DNA of 28,097 nt from Gemmatimonadales bacterium (GTDB lineage: Bacteria > Gemmatimonadota > Gemmatimonadetes > Gemmatimonadales > GWC2-71-9): NCBI GenBank assembly GCA_036258655.1, contig DATADG010000325.1, positions 1 through 28,097 on the forward strand. The letters are read 5' to 3'. The position numbers and the translations under genes are program-made. Position 1 is the stretch's first letter. Each line of letters begins with the position of its first letter. Below are positions 24,999-28,097 of this stretch, piece by piece. The notes beneath the pieces were generated by a model that made no database searches, had not been told where the DNA came from, and worked only from the letters and a program-made list of their open reading frames with translations.

Positions 24999-26117
24999 AT
25001 GACCAATCATATCCTGATCACAGGCGGCGCCGGCTTCATCGGATCGCATCTTGCCGACGCCCTGCTGGCACGAGGGCATCGGGTGCGGGCGCTGGACAAC
25101 CTTTCACCACAGGTCCACGGCACCGACGGGGCCAGGCCCGACTATCTCGACGAGGAGGTCGAACTAGTCCGCGGTGATGTGAGAGATCCGGATGTAGTCC
25201 GCCGCGCGCTTCAGGACATTGACGTGGTCTATCACCTCGCGGCCGCTGTCGGTGTCGGGCAGAGCATGTATGAGATTGCACACTACACAGCCGTAAACAA
25301 CCTGGGGACCGCCGTCCTGCTGGAAGCTCTCGCCGCCCGTCCGGTTGCCCGTCTCGTCGTCGCCTCCAGCATGAGTCTGTACGGAGAAGGGCTGTATCAC
25401 TGCCCCGACGGGTCGATCTGCGCAGGTGAGGAGCGGGACCTGGCCCAGTTACGGGCAGGTGAGTGGGAGGTGCGGAACGCGCGAGGCGAGGTGCTTGTCC
25501 CAGTCCCGACACCGGAAACCAAGCTGCCATCCCTCGCTTCGGTGTACGCCTTATCCAAGTTCGACCAGGAGCGAATGGCGCTGATGGTCGGACGCGCCTA
25601 CGGCATCCCGACCACAGCCCTGCGATTCTTCAATGTGTTCGGCACTCGTCAGGCGCTTTCGAACCCCTACACGGGGGTGCTGGCGATCTTCGCGTCTCGA
25701 CTGCTCAACGACAAGCCGCCTACGGTGTTCGAAGATGGGCGCCAACGGCGCGACTTTGTCAGTGTATATGACGTCGCCCAGGCCTGCTGTCTCGTCCTGG
25801 AGCAGCCCCAGTCTGCTGGCATGGTGTTCAACGTGGGCAGCGGTCGCTCCTACAGCATATCAGAGGTCGCGGAGCGGCTGGCCCGGGTAATGGGCAAGGA
25901 ATACATCAGGCCAGAGGTCACCGGGAAGTACCGGGTGGGAGACATTCGGCACTGTTTTGCAGACATCTCGCTGGCCCGGGCAACACTGGGGTATGAGCCG
26001 AAAGTGCAATTGGAGGATGGACTCGAGGAGCTCGCCGCCTGGTTAGAAGGCCAGGTCGCAACAGACCGCGTGGAGGAGGCCAGTGCCGAATTGGCGGCTC
26101 GGGGACTCACCGTATGA
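24999..26117 (+). CDS. NAD-dependent NDP-sugar epimerase/dehydratase (extended SDR)
   Basis: [25 protein letters not shown], catalytic YALSK, LRFFNVFG, RDFVSV. Probable start ATG 24999 (MTNHILIT). Confidence 0.9.
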   Translation: MTNHILITGGAGFIGSHLADALLARGHRVRALDNLSPQVHGTDGARPDYLDEEVELVRGDVRDPDVVRRALQDIDVVYHLAAAVGVGQSMYEIAHYTAVNNLGTAVLLEALAARPVARLVVASSMSLYGEGLYHCPDGSICAGEERDLAQLRAGEWEVRNARGEVLVPVPTPETKLPSLASVYALSKFDQERMALMVGRAYGIPTTALRFFNVFGTRQALSNPYTGVLAIFASRLLNDKPPTVFEDGRQRRDFVSVYDVAQACCLVLEQPQSAGMVFNVGSGRSYSISEVAERLARVMGKEYIRPEVTGKYRVGDIRHCFADISLARATLGYEPKVQLEDGLEELAAWLEGQVATDRVEEASAELAARGLTV

Positions 26118-27229
26118 GCCCGACACGTAGCCGGCAAGTACCCCACCCAGTCCTGATCACCGGCGGCTCAGGCTTCATCGGTACCAACCTGGCGCACAGA
26201 CTCCTGAGCGCCGGTCGACGGGTCTTGCTCTTCGACAACCTGGCTCGCCCCGGTGTTGAGCAGAATCTCCGCTGGCTGCGCGACACCCATGGTGACTTGG
26301 TCGAGGTCATGATCGCCGATGTCAGGAATGCAGACGCCATCCACGAGGCGGTTCGGCAGTCCAGCCAGGTGTTCCACTTTGCCGCGCAGGTGGCGGTCAC
26401 CACGAGTCTCACCGATCCCATCGAGGATTTCGAGGTGAACGCCAGGGGCACGCTCAATGTGCTGGAGGCCATTCGCGCGCAGCCCGCTCCGCCTCCCCTG
26501 GTCTTCACCTCGACCAATAAAGTTTACGGGGCGCTGACCGATGTGGAACTCAGGCGGCGAAGTCTCCGATACGAGCCCAGCGACCCGATGCTCCGGCAGA
26601 CCGGGGTGAGTGAGAGTCGGCCGCTCGATTTCCACAGCCCCTACGGCTGCTCCAAGGGAACTGCGGATCAGTACGTGCTCGATTACGCGCGGACCTACGG
26701 AATTCCGTCCATTGTGTTCCGGATGAGCTGTATCTATGGAGCCCACCAGTTCGGTACCGAGGATCAAGGGTGGGTGGCGCATTTCCTCATCCAGGCTCTC
26801 GAGGGCCGCCCCATAACGTTGTACGGAGATGGTCGGCAGGTACGAGACATCCTATCAGTCGATGATCTCGTCGATGCGTTTATGCTCGCGCAGGAGCATA
26901 TGACCTCGCACACAGGGCAGGCGTTCAACATCGGGGGAGGCCCCCGGAACACGATCAGCCTGCTCGAGTTGCTCGATCTTATCGGCGAGCTGCTGGGCCG
27001 GAAACCCCAGTTTGGTTTTGATGAGTGGCGGACCGGAGATCAGCGATACTACGTATCGGACACCCGGAGATTCGAGGCGGCAACCGGCTGGAAGCCTCGC
27101 ACCAGTATCCAGGCTGGACTCGAACGCCTGCATCGGTGGCTGGTCGAATCACGATCGCCTGACGCTGCGATTGCCACGATCGGAGCAGCGCAAAGCCTGC
27201 AGCGCAAGGCAGCCGGTGCCAAACGCTAA
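26114..27229 (+). CDS. NAD-dependent epimerase, CDP-paratose 2-epimerase (RfbE)-like
   Basis: LITGGSGFIG, HFAAQVAVTTS, FTSTNKVYG, SPYGCSKG, FRMSCIYG.HQFGTEDQGWVAHF, GDQRYYVSD. ATGA overlap with the upstream gene. Confidence 0.85.
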   Translation: MSPTRSRQVPHPVLITGGSGFIGTNLAHRLLSAGRRVLLFDNLARPGVEQNLRWLRDTHGDLVEVMIADVRNADAIHEAVRQSSQVFHFAAQVAVTTSLTDPIEDFEVNARGTLNVLEAIRAQPAPPPLVFTSTNKVYGALTDVELRRRSLRYEPSDPMLRQTGVSESRPLDFHSPYGCSKGTADQYVLDYARTYGIPSIVFRMSCIYGAHQFGTEDQGWVAHFLIQALEGRPITLYGDGRQVRDILSVDDLVDAFMLAQEHMTSHTGQAFNIGGGPRNTISLLELLDLIGELLGRKPQFGFDEWRTGDQRYYVSDTRRFEAATGWKPRTSIQAGLERLHRWLVESRSPDAAIATIGAAQSLQRKAAGAKR

Positions 27230-27230
27230 T

Positions 27231-28097
27231 GTGACCGCTTCGACCTGGCCGGCGACCATGACCATGCGTGCAGCAGTGATCACGGGGCCGGGGCAGAGTG
27301 AGATCGAACACCTCGCGCTCCCCGAGCCGGGTCCCGGAGAGGTGCGGATACGCCTGGAAGGCTCCGGCGTCTGCGGATCGAACCTGCCGATGTGGGAAGG
27401 CCGCCCCTGGTTCCAGTATCCGGCGGAGGCCGGAAGTCCTGGCCATGAGGGCTGGGGAGTGATCGACGCGATAGGAGACGGGGTCACCGGACTTACCGCG
27501 GGAGACCGGGTGGCGGCGCTCTCCTATCGGGCCTATGCGGAGTATGACATCGCTGCAGCGGAGGCGGTTGTGCCGCTTCCAGCCACTCTCGACGGGAAGT
27601 TCTTTCCTGGGGAGCCACTCGGCTGCGCGGTGAACATTTTCCGCCGCTCCGATATCCGACCGGGTCAAACGGTGGTCATCATCGGAATTGGCTTTCTGGG
27701 CGCGATTCTGACTCGTTTGGCCACCCGTGCCGGTGCCCGAGTGATCGCCATCTCACGGCGCTCGTATGCTCTCGATCTGGCACGCGAGCTCGGCGCCGAC
27801 CTGGCATTGCCTCTCGAGGACCACCACAAGATCCTCGGACAGATCATGCAGCTGACCGGGGGCGAAGGTGCCGACCGCGTGATCGAGGCGATAGGCGCCC
27901 AGTGGCCGCTCGACCTAGCGACTGATCTGACGCGGATACGAGGTCGTCTGGTGATTGCCGGATATCATCAGGACGGGCCCCGACAGGTCAATATGCAGTT
28001 ATGGAACTGGCGCGGGCTCGATGTGATCAATGCGCACGAGCGCGATCCTCAGGTATACGTCGAGGGGATTCGAGGAGCGGTGGAAGCTGTGTCGTCC
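27231..28097 (+). CDS. Zinc-binding medium-chain dehydrogenase (MDR), partial, runs off window end
   Basis: Not in the ORF track (no stop). The frame from GTG 27231 (or ATG 27258/27264) reads MRAAVITGPG...GSGVCGSN...GHEGWGVIDAIG...GDRVAAL...VVIIGIGFLG...VIEAIG...LVIAGYHQ. Catalytic-Zn Cys and GHE motifs and a Rossmann GxGxxG are present. Confidence 0.9.
   Translation, partial: MTASTWPATMTMRAAVITGPGQSEIEHLALPEPGPGEVRIRLEGSGVCGSNLPMWEGRPWFQYPAEAGSPGHEGWGVIDAIGDGVTGLTAGDRVAALSYRAYAEYDIAAAEAVVPLPATLDGKFFPGEPLGCAVNIFRRSDIRPGQTVVIIGIGFLGAILTRLATRAGARVIAISRRSYALDLARELGADLALPLEDHHKILGQIMQLTGGEGADRVIEAIGAQWPLDLATDLTRIRGRLVIAGYHQDGPRQVNMQLWNWRGLDVINAHERDPQVYVEGIRGAVEAVSS

Overview
High-GC bacterial window. 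The style of the proteins suggests Gemmatimonadota, which is an inference. It holds four modules. (1) A minus-strand run: Ig-repeat lipoprotein, terminator, wza-wzc polysaccharide export, cysN(frameshifted, with a degenerate APS-kinase domain)-cysQ-cysC-cysD, an uncharacterised ParB/Srx-like gene, a SAM methyltransferase, an Rrf2 regulator, an OprO/P-type porin and sbp (partial). This looks like a PAPS-supplying, probably sulfated-exopolysaccharide locus fused to sulfate uptake. (2) A plus-strand GT4 glycosyltransferase and an orphan single-domain response regulator. (3) A minus-strand nurA-herA-mre11(sbcD)-rad50(sbcC)-GNAT operon, the full archaeal-style double-strand-break resection set with a coupled acetyltransferase. 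(4) A plus-strand LuxR-type regulator followed by an NDP-sugar operon (UDP-glucuronate decarboxylase, two SDR epimerases, a partial MDR dehydrogenase). The partial genes at both ends are missing from the ORF track. No rRNA, tRNA, CRISPR array or transposase was seen. All family assignments come from motif reading, not database searches.
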